Shown piece by piece: positions 29,691 through 38,964 of a stretch of 64,000 nt of DNA (position 1 is the stretch's first letter; the number at the start of each line of letters is the position of its first letter). This DNA comes from an uncultured Poribacteria bacterium (GTDB taxonomy: Bacteria > Poribacteria > WGA-4E > WGA-3G), in NCBI GenBank assembly GCA_958296135.2, contig CATQHZ020000001.1:2912001-2976000 (forward strand), written 5' to 3'. A program made the translations under genes and the position numbers. A model generated the notes under the pieces. That model was not told the origin of the DNA. It saw only the letters and a program-made list of their open reading frames with translations, and searched no databases.

Positions 29691-31940
29691 TTATTTTCGG
29701 ATGAGCATTTTCCTTGTGGCGGTGAACTGTCCTGCGGCGAGGGTGTAGAAATACATGCCACTCGCGACCGGTTCACCGCTTTCATTCTTTCCATCCCAAT
29801 AGGCGGCTCGTTGCTGCTGCCGATAGCTGCCCGCGTGCTGATATCCGAGTGCGAGTGTGCGGATGCATTGCCCTGTTGGTGCGTAGATTCGCACAGTCAC
29901 GGTTGCGGGTTGAGCCAATTGATAAGGTATCCACGTTTCCGGGTTGAACGGATTGGGATAGTTGGGCAGGAGTGCAGTCTTTTCCGGCTTGAATGCCGCT
30001 CTGAGCGGGAGGGCATCTAATACAGGTGACGGTGCTGCTTGCAAGTGGGCTGACACATCCCACAGTAGCACGGTGTCTTGGGAGTCCGCACTGGCGAGAA
30101 CTAGCCCATCAGGCCGAAAACTGAGTGCGTCCACAGCCCCGTTCTGCTTGAGGAAAGAACCGATGCGCGTGCGTGTCTGTGTATCCCATAAAATCACTGT
30201 GCCTTCGTCGCTTCCACTGGCGAGGATGCGGCCGTCCGGACTGAAAGCAAGGCTTGAGACAGTTCCTGTATGTCCCCGGAGTTCTGCCTTGAGGGTGCCT
30301 GTGCGAACATTCCACAGCAGCACCTTTTCCAGACTCCCACTGGCGAGGGTTTCGCCGTTAGGGTTGAAGGCGATGCTGGGGATTCCCCTCCCCCGTGCGT
30401 GCCCTGTGAGGGTGGCTTTGTGATTCCCAGTGTCAGCATCCCACAAGCGCACGGTATTTTTATTTGTCCCTGCGAGCGTCTTGCTGTCTGGACTGAAGGC
30501 AAGACTCAAAAACCGGTCTGCCTGCACAAGGAGCGTGCGTTTGTGGTGGCCTTCTCTTGCGTTCCACAGGCATATTTTGTTGTGACTCGCGCTGGCGAGC
30601 GTCTTTCCATCAGGACTGAAGTCGAGCCTTAACACGTCGCGCGTGTGGCCTGTGAGGATGTTTTTGAGGTGTCCGGTTTCCACGTTCCACAAGCGCACGG
30701 AGGAGTCATTGAGACTCCCGCCGCCGCTGGCAACCGTCAGTCCATCTGGGCTGAAAGCGATGGCTGAAATACTGCCGGGGTGCCCGGCGAGGGTGGATTT
30801 AAGTTCACCCGTGCGCGTATCCCACAATCGGACTCTCTTGTCATACCCGCCACTAGCAATGGTTCGCCAGTCGGGACTGAAGGCAAGTCCATCGCTATCA
30901 AGTGCGTGGGCTTCAAGGATTGTTTTCTGTTGTCCGGTGACGGTATCCCACAGATGCAAGGTGCTGCTCCAAAGGACACTTGCCAGTGTGCGTCCATCGG
31001 CATTGAAGGCGATGCTCATCACGCCCTGTGGATGGCCGAGGGTGGCTCTGTAGCTGCGGGTGTGAACATCCCACAGGCAGACGGTGCCATCCGAGCTTGC
31101 ACTTGCAAGGGTGCGTTCATCAGCACTGAAGGCGAGCGCGTTGACGCTGCGCGTATGTCCGGTGAAGAGGGCGACTTGCTCACCGGTGGTAGTGTCCCAT
31201 AGCCGCACCGTGTTGTCAAATCCTCCACTTGCAAGCAGGTGCCCATCCATGCTGAAGGCGACTGAATCGACGCTTCTTGTGTGGCCAGTAAGCCTTAAGA
31301 TAACGTGCCCCGTGACAGCATCCCGCAGGCGGATGGTGTTGTCCTTCCACCCGTTACTGGCAAAGGTTTTCCCATCCGGACTAAAGGCGATGCTTGAGAC
31401 ATCGTCGGTGTATCCGGAGAACGTCGCCTTATGTTCGCCGGTGATAGCATCCCACGCCCGCACGGTGTCGTCGTATCCGCCAGCACTGACGAGGGTGTGT
31501 CCATCGGGACTGAAGACAAAACTTTCGGGCCGGCGTGTATGCCCGATAAGTGTCGCTTTCTTCTCGCCTGTGAAACTATCGAACATCAGCAGTGTGTTTT
31601 CTTCCCCTGCACTGACGAGCGTTTTCCCGTATGGACTGAACGCACTCCCGTGGTGCCCGCCGGTAAACAGATTCAGTGCTTTGAGCGTGCGCGCGTCGTA
31701 TATCCAAATCCCGATGGTGGAAGGAACAGCAAGTCGAGTGCCATCGGGTGAGAAGGTGACGTTACCAGATATCCATCCTCTCCCAATGCGAGTTGTGGCA
31801 CCTTCGGGTAAATGCCACTGCGCGGCATTTACCGCAAAAAGGGGTGAGCCGCTCAGGAGACTGATGATGAACATTATCGCTATGAGGCATCTCACGGTGT
31901 GCGTAGCGGAAGAGTGCCTTTTCAACTGTAAGGTTTTCAT
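29691..31940 (-). CDS. Secreted WD40-repeat protein with FlgD/T9SS-like C-terminal domain
   Basis: GGAGG SD before the ATG at 31940; WD40 repeats; C-terminal domain nearly identical to that of 27193-29526. Confidence 0.92.
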   Translation of the reverse strand: MKTLQLKRHSSATHTVRCLIAIMFIISLLSGSPLFAVNAAQWHLPEGATTRIGRGWISGNVTFSPDGTRLAVPSTIGIWIYDARTLKALNLFTGGHHGSAFSPYGKTLVSAGEENTLLMFDSFTGEKKATLIGHTRRPESFVFSPDGHTLVSAGGYDDTVRAWDAITGEHKATFSGYTDDVSSIAFSPDGKTFASNGWKDNTIRLRDAVTGHVILRLTGHTRSVDSVAFSMDGHLLASGGFDNTVRLWDTTTGEQVALFTGHTRSVNALAFSADERTLASASSDGTVCLWDVHTRSYRATLGHPQGVMSIAFNADGRTLASVLWSSTLHLWDTVTGQQKTILEAHALDSDGLAFSPDWRTIASGGYDKRVRLWDTRTGELKSTLAGHPGSISAIAFSPDGLTVASGGGSLNDSSVRLWNVETGHLKNILTGHTRDVLRLDFSPDGKTLASASHNKICLWNAREGHHKRTLLVQADRFLSLAFSPDSKTLAGTNKNTVRLWDADTGNHKATLTGHARGRGIPSIAFNPNGETLASGSLEKVLLWNVRTGTLKAELRGHTGTVSSLAFSPDGRILASGSDEGTVILWDTQTRTRIGSFLKQNGAVDALSFRPDGLVLASADSQDTVLLWDVSAHLQAAPSPVLDALPLRAAFKPEKTALLPNYPNPFNPETWIPYQLAQPATVTVRIYAPTGQCIRTLALGYQHAGSYRQQQRAAYWDGKNESGEPVASGMYFYTLAAGQFTATRKMLIRK

Positions 31941-32032
31941 CGGTTTGTCCTCCATAGTCATTCAGTTATCGGTGATTGCGGGGGACGGGCCCCCGCGCTA
32001 CGGGCCAGAGGCCCTCGCTTCGCGATTCGCTT

Positions 32033-34096
32033 TTATTCCCTAGGGGCACTGAGGGCACCTGCCACCAAAACCAGATCAAGAATGTTGACAACGCCGTCTC
32101 GGTTGACATCTGCTTCATTGGTGCCGGTTTGCCCGAACCGCGCGCTAACAAAGGCCATATCCGCGCGCGTGACACGGCCATCACGATTGACATCGGCGGC
32201 GAGGTGTGGGGGTGCTAATGCCACGTCCCAGAAGAGAATTGTGCCGTCGGAGCTCCCACTGATAAGGGTATGGCCATCCGCGCTGAAGACAAGACTATTG
32301 ACACTGTTTGTATGCCCGACGAGGGTGGTTTTGAGTTCGCCGGTTGCAACATCCCATAACCGCACCGTCCGATCTTTCCAACCGCCAGCACTTGCGAGGG
32401 TGTGGCCATCCGCGCTGAAGACAAGACTATTGATACTGTTCGTATGCCCGACGAGGATGGCTTTCGGTTCACCCGTAATCGCGTTCCATAACCGCACCGT
32501 TTTATCGTCCCGGCTCCCACCGCTGGCGAGCGTGCGTCCATCGAGACTAAAGGCGATAGCGAGAACCCAGTCTGTATGTCCAGTGAGCGCAGCTTTCTGC
32601 TCCGCCGTTTCAACATTCCACAGCCGCACCGTCTTGTCCCTACCGCCGCTGGCAAGTGTCTGTCCGTTCGGGCTGAAAGCGATTGCAGTGGCCCCGCTGT
32701 GCCGTAGCGTCGCTTTGTGAGTGCGCCCGGCATGCCACAGCCGCACGGCGTTGTCTCCAATAGTACTTGCAAGGAGACTGCCATCGGGGCTATAAGCGAG
32801 GGTATAACCGCCGCCCGAAGACGAAAAAGAATTCTCTGTAAACCCTTTGGAGGTGCCTTTGAGGTATCGCCCGTCAACATCCCAGAAGTGGATATCCCTG
32901 CCGAGACTTACAAGCGTCTCACCGTCCGGACTGAAGGCAACACAAAAAACCCACCAGTCATGCCCGCGAAGTGTGCCTTTGTGTGTGCCGCTTCCGGTAT
33001 CCCACAAATGCAGCTGGTTTGCCCCGCCTGCCGTTGCAAGCGTGCTCCCGTCCGGACTGATGGCGATATCAGAGACACTTGACGTATGTCCGGTGAGCGT
33101 CGCTTTGTGTGCGCCGCTGACAGTATCCCACAAATGCACTTCGCTGCCACCGCTACTTGCAAGGGTGCTACCGTCCGGGCTGAAGCTAACGCTATTCAGA
33201 TTGCCCAGGTGCGCGGTAAGCGCGGCCCAGTGCTCGCCTGTCGCTGCGTTCCAGAGATGCAACTCGCTGTCGCGCCCCGTCGCAAGCAGACTCCCGTCTG
33301 GGCTGAAAGCAAGCGTATAAGCCCCCATTCCATTGATGGAGAGGGTTGCTCTTGGTTGTTCACTGGCAACGTCCCACAGCACCACATTCTCCCTGCTCCC
33401 ACTGGCGATTGTGCGCCCATCGGGACTGTAACTCACGCCCCAGACGTTGTTTACCTGTCCATCGTTGTCTTTGTGGACAGCGAGCGTTGCTAGCCGCGCC
33501 CCCGTGGCGAGTTCCCATATCACCACATTCTGTTGACTCCCGGCGGCAAGCGTTTTCCCATCGGGACTGAAGGAAATCGAGGAAATCCAATCCTCTTCAT
33601 CCCCGGTGGTGAGCGGCGTTTGCTGTTGGCCTGTGGCGCTCTTCCGGCGCATCACCTGATGCCCATTCTCATAGGCGAGCGTGCTACCGTCCGGACTAAA
33701 GGCGATAGCATAAATAGAGCCGCCGCCCACTATGAATGTCGCTAGAGACTGTTGAGTCTCTGCATCCCACAACCGGACTGTTTCATCTCCGCCGCCGGTA
33801 GCAATAGTGCGGCCATCGGGACTGAACGCGATGCTAGAGACACCTTCGGTGTGCCCGGTGAGCAGCGCAAGTTCTTCGTAAGTATGTGCATCGTAGAGCC
33901 AAATCCCGATGGAACCGGCTACCGCGAGCTGACTGCCATTAGGAGAATACGCGAGTTCACTTATCCAGCCTTTCCCGATGCGCATCTGAACCCCTTCAGG
34001 CAACTTGAATTGCGGCGAATCCTGCGCCAAGGTCTGCGGTAGAAAGCAAACTGTGGCGACAAGGAGCGTTAATATCAAAAAGCGTTCCGTTTTCAT
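32033..34096 (-). CDS. Secreted WD40-repeat protein with C-terminal dockerin-like (EF-hand) domain
   Basis: WD40 repeats; C-terminal ADVNRDGRV..ADVNRDGVVNILDLVLVA. Confidence 0.92.
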   Translation of the reverse strand: MKTERFLILTLLVATVCFLPQTLAQDSPQFKLPEGVQMRIGKGWISELAYSPNGSQLAVAGSIGIWLYDAHTYEELALLTGHTEGVSSIAFSPDGRTIATGGGDETVRLWDAETQQSLATFIVGGGSIYAIAFSPDGSTLAYENGHQVMRRKSATGQQQTPLTTGDEEDWISSISFSPDGKTLAAGSQQNVVIWELATGARLATLAVHKDNDGQVNNVWGVSYSPDGRTIASGSRENVVLWDVASEQPRATLSINGMGAYTLAFSPDGSLLATGRDSELHLWNAATGEHWAALTAHLGNLNSVSFSPDGSTLASSGGSEVHLWDTVSGAHKATLTGHTSSVSDIAISPDGSTLATAGGANQLHLWDTGSGTHKGTLRGHDWWVFCVAFSPDGETLVSLGRDIHFWDVDGRYLKGTSKGFTENSFSSSGGGYTLAYSPDGSLLASTIGDNAVRLWHAGRTHKATLRHSGATAIAFSPNGQTLASGGRDKTVRLWNVETAEQKAALTGHTDWVLAIAFSLDGRTLASGGSRDDKTVRLWNAITGEPKAILVGHTNSINSLVFSADGHTLASAGGWKDRTVRLWDVATGELKTTLVGHTNSVNSLVFSADGHTLISGSSDGTILFWDVALAPPHLAADVNRDGRVTRADMAFVSARFGQTGTNEADVNRDGVVNILDLVLVAGALSAPRE

Positions 34097-34125
34097 GGGT
34101 GTGTCCTCCTCACTACTACATTATT

Positions 34126-34142
34126 AGCAAATATGATGCCAA
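34126..34142 (-). promoter_or_regulatory. Sigma-54 (-24/-12) promoter upstream of the WD40 gene cluster
   Basis: Minus strand TTGGCATCATATTTGCT: GG-N10-GC spacing, ~30 bp upstream of the ATG at 34096. Confidence 0.65.
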
Positions 34143-34451
34143 TTGCGCATGAGACGAATGTGCGGAGAAACTGCACAAAAACGGGCATGGATAGCGTGAT
34201 TCTGCACGATATGGGGTATATTTGAAGCATCAGGCGAGCTCGCCCTACAGCGGATGATTGGGCATCGCAATAAGGTAGTTCGCCAAATCGTTAAAAAATG
34301 GGGTGGGTTGTCCAGAATGTGAACACTTTCGCCGTGCCGTAGCTGCATTGCGAGGGAAAACGGATGTTCCGAGGTTGCGGGCACTTGCTGTACGGATTTG
34401 GCGTGGCGAGGGACAGGCTCTCCCTCGCCCTACGGTTGGAGGGAGAAACAC

Positions 34452-35300
34452 TCAGGACCAGACGAACACTTCGTCATCATCCGGGGAGTAGCCGATGAAA
34501 ACGGCTAGGACAATGCGGGCGCGATTGCCCGCAACAGGCGGCACCTCGTGGATGCAGCGCGTGTTGAAAAAGTAAAGGTCGCCCTGCGCCAGTTCAACTT
34601 GACAGTTCTCTATTCCGTTCTCTGCGGCGTATCTGTCAAAAGTCTCCTCGGCGATATGCGGCTGAATTTCTTCAGACCAGAGGCACCGGTGCAGAATAGC
34701 CTGCGTGCCTTTCCCTTTCTCATCCGCGTTCTGGACGCACAGCACACCGGCGAATTGATGCTCAAACCGGTAAACGGCGTAGTCGGTGCGTTGTTCGCGG
34801 TATTTGACATGATCGATGTGCGGTTTGTAGCTATGCGTTTCGTAATGCACTCGGAAGATGGCGGGGCCGTAGAGCGCGCCATCGGGCTCGCGCGCGACCT
34901 TCACCTCTTTCCCCGGTGAAAGTGCTGCTAGCGATTCGTAGATGAGTTCGACCGGATTATCAAGTCCGTTGAACAGGAAGCTGAAAAGGCGGTGTGTCTC
35001 TTGAGCGTGCGCCAAGAACCGGGGTTTATCGCTGCCCCGGTTGCCGAGACTGGTGCCGATGTCGATGCGGGTGCGCTTGTCGGCGGAGTTGATGTCCGCT
35101 TCGTCGCGCATCAGGCCCATGTTAGTAAATCGGTGGATGAGCCCGTGGCATTGCGCGGGCGAATAGGCGTTTCGCAAGATGATTGCTGGCATCTCCGCCT
35201 GCGAGAGCGCGTGAATCGGGTTAGGGTAGCTCTGGCAGATTGCCTCGAAGTCTGGTTCAGCGGGCATCCAATTGGTTTTCGTGTGCATAATCGTCCCCAT
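34452..35300 (-). CDS. Putative Fe(II)/2-oxoglutarate-dependent oxygenase
   Basis: HxD (PHID), distal His and Arg (GDLYFFNTRCIHEV..RARI). Confidence 0.7.
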   Translation of the reverse strand: MGTIMHTKTNWMPAEPDFEAICQSYPNPIHALSQAEMPAIILRNAYSPAQCHGLIHRFTNMGLMRDEADINSADKRTRIDIGTSLGNRGSDKPRFLAHAQETHRLFSFLFNGLDNPVELIYESLAALSPGKEVKVAREPDGALYGPAIFRVHYETHSYKPHIDHVKYREQRTDYAVYRFEHQFAGVLCVQNADEKGKGTQAILHRCLWSEEIQPHIAEETFDRYAAENGIENCQVELAQGDLYFFNTRCIHEVPPVAGNRARIVLAVFIGYSPDDDEVFVWS

Positions 35301-35330
35301 GATGTGTGCGTTTTCTATCCGTTGTCTCCT

Positions 35331-36155
35331 CTAAAACTTCGGGTTGAAGAGGTAATCGTCCAGGGGTGCGTCCACAAACTCGGCGTTCGCGTCTAAGTCG
35401 CTGTTTTCAAAGGCGGCTTCGCATCCGGTCTGATATTTGAGGCGACGGTTGGAACGGAGCCATCGGACGCGGTGAATCATCGCAATCATGTGGCGCGGTT
35501 CATCGGACAAGTTGGGGATACCCCGGTGCCAGAGGCGCATGTCCCGAATCAGCGCGCTGCCCTTCTTCGCATTGCCGCGGATGGGCGGCGCGATTTCGCG
35601 GCGAGCGGCTTCGTGTTCTGCGTCTATCCGCCGACTGCTGACATCCAAATGCGAGCCCGGCCAGAGCTCCACACTGCCGTTCTCTTCCATTGTATCCTGC
35701 GGCGAGATGTTGACGACAACCTCCGCTGTCGGATGCGCGACCTCCTGCGCTGGCCAGAGATGGTCTGCATCTCTGTGCAGGGGTTGCGTGGTGCTGCCGG
35801 GGCAATTCGTGTTGCCGTTGTAAAAATTGTTGTAGAGCCCGGGCCCGAGCAGTGCCTTCGTCACCTGCACGAGCCAAGGGTTCGCGACGATGTCTCTGAA
35901 AATGTAGGGCGCGAACGGGGGAGGCCCTTGCTGAAGGTGCCCTTTGAGTCTCCCCGCGCCGCCCCACTTCTCTGCTTCAATCAGGATTTGTGCGTCGGCA
36001 TCCATTCGTTCGCGCAGGATGTCAAGATGTTCATGATTGACGACGTTCTCCAAAATCACATACCCATCAACGCGGATGGCTGCCACGGCTTGCTTGACAT
36101 GTGCTTCGGTGAGTTCGCCTGCGGCTAATTCTTGGGGTTGAACGGTAATTTCCAT
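35331..36155 (-). CDS. Phytanoyl-CoA dioxygenase (PhyH) family protein
   Basis: DGYVIL, QPLHRD, ENGSVELWPGSH, RLWHRG..N..R motifs. Confidence 0.9.
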   Translation of the reverse strand: MEITVQPQELAAGELTEAHVKQAVAAIRVDGYVILENVVNHEHLDILRERMDADAQILIEAEKWGGAGRLKGHLQQGPPPFAPYIFRDIVANPWLVQVTKALLGPGLYNNFYNGNTNCPGSTTQPLHRDADHLWPAQEVAHPTAEVVVNISPQDTMEENGSVELWPGSHLDVSSRRIDAEHEAARREIAPPIRGNAKKGSALIRDMRLWHRGIPNLSDEPRHMIAMIHRVRWLRSNRRLKYQTGCEAAFENSDLDANAEFVDAPLDDYLFNPKF

Positions 36156-36156
36156 A

Positions 36157-37518
36157 TTAAGCTGTTCCAAAAAATTCGTGATATAGGGCGCGCACCCCGG
36201 TCTCCATATCTTCGGATTTGATGCCGAACATCATGCTGACTTCGTTGGAGCCTTGGTTAATCATTTCAATATTAACTTCGGCGCGTGCCAATGCGTTGGT
36301 TGCGCGTGCTGCAATGCCGACGGTGCAGCGCATGCCCTCGCCGACAACCATGATGAGCGACAGCCCGCGTTCTACTGTGACATCTTCGGGGGCGAGTTTC
36401 TGGCGGATCTGCTCAACAATCTTTTTCTCTTTCTCCGCCGACAGGCTCTCTTCGCGCATGATGATGGACATGTTGTCTATCCCAGATGGCATGTGCTCAA
36501 AGGAGATGTCCTCCGCCTCCAAGACTTGCAACAGCCGCCGCCCGAATCCGATCTGGCGGTTCATCAGATACTTGCTGAGGTAAACGCAGCAGACACTCCC
36601 CATCGCGGCGATGCCTACCACGGGCAACTCTCCATTCGTTGCACGCGTTGGAACGATGCGCGTGCCTGCAGCCTTCGGGTTGTTCGTATTTCGGATATGC
36701 ACCGGCACCTGCGCGCGATACACCGGTTCTAACGCTTCATCGTGGAAGACGGAGAATCCGGCGTAGGAGAGCTCGCGCATCTCGCGATAGGTGAGCGCCG
36801 CTATCGCCGCAGGGTTTTCGGCAATAGACGGGTTCGCGGCGAACACGGAGTCAACATCCGTGAAATTCTCGTAGACCTCGGCGCGCACCGCGCTGGCGAG
36901 AATCGCGCCGGTAATGTCCGAACCGCCGCGCGAGAACGTCACGACGTTCCCCTCTTTAGCATATCCGAAAAAGCCGGGGAAGATGGTGATACCGGGCCGC
37001 TCGCGGAGTTCGCGCAGATGGGTGTATGCCTCAGGTAAAACCTGCGCATTCCCCGGTTCGTCGGAGAGCAACAACCCTGCGTCTTTTGGGTTAACGTAGT
37101 GTGCCTCTACGCCGAGTGCCTGTAGGGCTTGTGCGATGAGCCGGGCGCAGTTGTCTTCGCCGCCTGCCTTCATCGTATCCATGTATAAATCGGCGTTTTC
37201 GGTGCTGTTTTCCAGCCGTTCTGTCAGATCGTGCGCAATGGCATCGATAGCCTCCGCAGGCAGTTTGAGTTCTGCCGCGATGCTTCTGTAACGTTCAATC
37301 GCCTCTGCGCATTCGGATGCACCGATTTTGCCCATGAGCCGCTCTGACGCTGCAGCGATAAGCAGGTCGGTGACTTTGATGTCTTGGCTGTATCGTTTCC
37401 CGGGTGCGGAGACGACGATGATGCGCCGTCCCGGGTCTTCGGTGATAATATCGCAGACTCGGCGGACTTGCTCCGCTGTTGCGAGGGAGCTTCCGCCAAA
37501 TTTTGATACTTTTAACAA
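36157..37518 (-). CDS. lysC: Aspartate kinase
   Basis: KFGGSS, VVSAPGK, FSRGGSDITG, YREMRELSY and two C-terminal ACT domains. Confidence 0.95.
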   Translation of the reverse strand: MLKVSKFGGSSLATAEQVRRVCDIITEDPGRRIIVVSAPGKRYSQDIKVTDLLIAAASERLMGKIGASECAEAIERYRSIAAELKLPAEAIDAIAHDLTERLENSTENADLYMDTMKAGGEDNCARLIAQALQALGVEAHYVNPKDAGLLLSDEPGNAQVLPEAYTHLRELRERPGITIFPGFFGYAKEGNVVTFSRGGSDITGAILASAVRAEVYENFTDVDSVFAANPSIAENPAAIAALTYREMRELSYAGFSVFHDEALEPVYRAQVPVHIRNTNNPKAAGTRIVPTRATNGELPVVGIAAMGSVCCVYLSKYLMNRQIGFGRRLLQVLEAEDISFEHMPSGIDNMSIIMREESLSAEKEKKIVEQIRQKLAPEDVTVERGLSLIMVVGEGMRCTVGIAARATNALARAEVNIEMINQGSNEVSMMFGIKSEDMETGVRALYHEFFGTA

Positions 37519-37890
37519 TCGAGAACCTCCAATAAACTAGTTAGGCTTCGTGGCCGGGCGATCGCGAGGGGAACCCTCGGCGATTCGTGCTCGCCGGGTT
37601 TTCCCTCGCGCTACGGTGAAAAGTGCCTCGCGAGGGACAGGTTTTCCCTCGCGCTACGGGCTGCGAGACGTTTCAAAAAGATATGATTAGAGTTTAACAC
37701 AAATCGGATATGGATGTCAAACTTTTTTAAATTTGACGTGACTTTATCGGAAGAATGTGGTATACTCAATAAGACAAGACTTCCGCTGGGTGCCCCCGTG
37801 GGCGCGGTTTGAAGGCGCGCCGCCCGGTTGGTGAGTGCTCTCGCGCAATTCTTGGGACATTATCTTATTTATATCAGGAGTTTGATTTTG

Positions 37891-38826
37891 ATGAAAAACG
37901 AATGGGTTGTTTATGAAGGAAACGAGGGGCCCGGCAGGGGCAAACATATTGTCCTCGTCAGCGGCGATGAGGAGTATCGTTCGGAAGAAGCCCTGCCGAT
38001 GCTTGGAAAAATTCTTGCTACGCACCACGGGTTCCGATGCACCGTGCTGTTTGCCATTAACCCAGAAACCGGCGAAATCGATCCGGAGGTGCAGACGCAT
38101 ATTCCGGGGCTCCATCATCTCGATTCGGCGGATATGATGGTGCTGTTCACCCGTTTCCGCGAGCTGCCCGATGAACAGATGAAGCACATCGTGGATTACA
38201 CGAATGCGGGGAAGCCTGTCATGGGGCTCCGGACGGCGACGCACGCTTTCAGTTATAGCCGAAACCTCGATAGCCCCTACGCCAAATATAGTCATAATAG
38301 TGAGGCGTTCGATGGCGGCTACGGCAGGCAGGTGCTCGGCGAGACGTGGGTGAATCACCATGGGCACCACGGCAAGGAGAGCGCGCGCGGTGTCATTGAC
38401 GATGCGATGAAGGGACACCCTATCCTGAAAGGCGTTGCGGATATTTGGGGGCCTTCCGATGTTTACGGCATTACCGAGTTAACGGGCGATGCACAGGTGC
38501 TTGTTCACGGGCAAGTACTGGTAGGTATGGAGCCCACCGATGCGCCGAAACAGGATACCCTCACGATGCCGATGGTGTGGATTAAAACCTACACCGGCGA
38601 TGAAGGCAACACCTCGCGTATCTTCAACACAACGATGGGCGCGTCTGTCGATTTGGAGAGTGAGGGATTTCGGCGGCTTCTCGTCAACGGTTGCTATTGG
38701 TGCATGGAGATGGAGGATGCTATCCCCGAAGAAAGCGTTGTCGCTTACGTGGGCGAATACGCGCCGACGTTCTTCGGTTTCGGCACGTTTAAAAAAGGCG
38801 TTCGTCCCGAAGACCACGGGCTGTAG
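37891..38826 (+). CDS. ThuA-like domain protein
   Basis: VSGDEEYRSEE, GLRTATHAF, GETWVNHHGHHG motifs; AGGAG SD. Confidence 0.8.
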   Translation: MKNEWVVYEGNEGPGRGKHIVLVSGDEEYRSEEALPMLGKILATHHGFRCTVLFAINPETGEIDPEVQTHIPGLHHLDSADMMVLFTRFRELPDEQMKHIVDYTNAGKPVMGLRTATHAFSYSRNLDSPYAKYSHNSEAFDGGYGRQVLGETWVNHHGHHGKESARGVIDDAMKGHPILKGVADIWGPSDVYGITELTGDAQVLVHGQVLVGMEPTDAPKQDTLTMPMVWIKTYTGDEGNTSRIFNTTMGASVDLESEGFRRLLVNGCYWCMEMEDAIPEESVVAYVGEYAPTFFGFGTFKKGVRPEDHGL

Positions 38827-38964
38827 TGCAGACTCGGGCGAGAACCGTCAGGTCCCGAGCCTGGCGCGGGACAGGCCCGCGCCCTACGGAGACGCGTTTT
38901 AATTTTCACCGCAGCGCGAGGGAAAACCTGTCCCTCGCGAGCAACTGAGGCGAAAGAGGACGTT

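Noticed and set aside
27149-29979. Diversity-generating retroelement TR/VR pair
   Set aside because: Both copies are coding C-termini, mismatches are not evidently adenine-specific, and no reverse transcriptase is in the window
31084-32043. Long antisense ORFs over the WD40 and other GC-rich genes
   Set aside because: Shadow ORFs from codon bias on the opposite strand; no independent motifs
37519-37740. Lysine riboswitch upstream of lysC
   Set aside because: The region is occupied by REP copies and promoter-like DNA; no L-box pattern recognised
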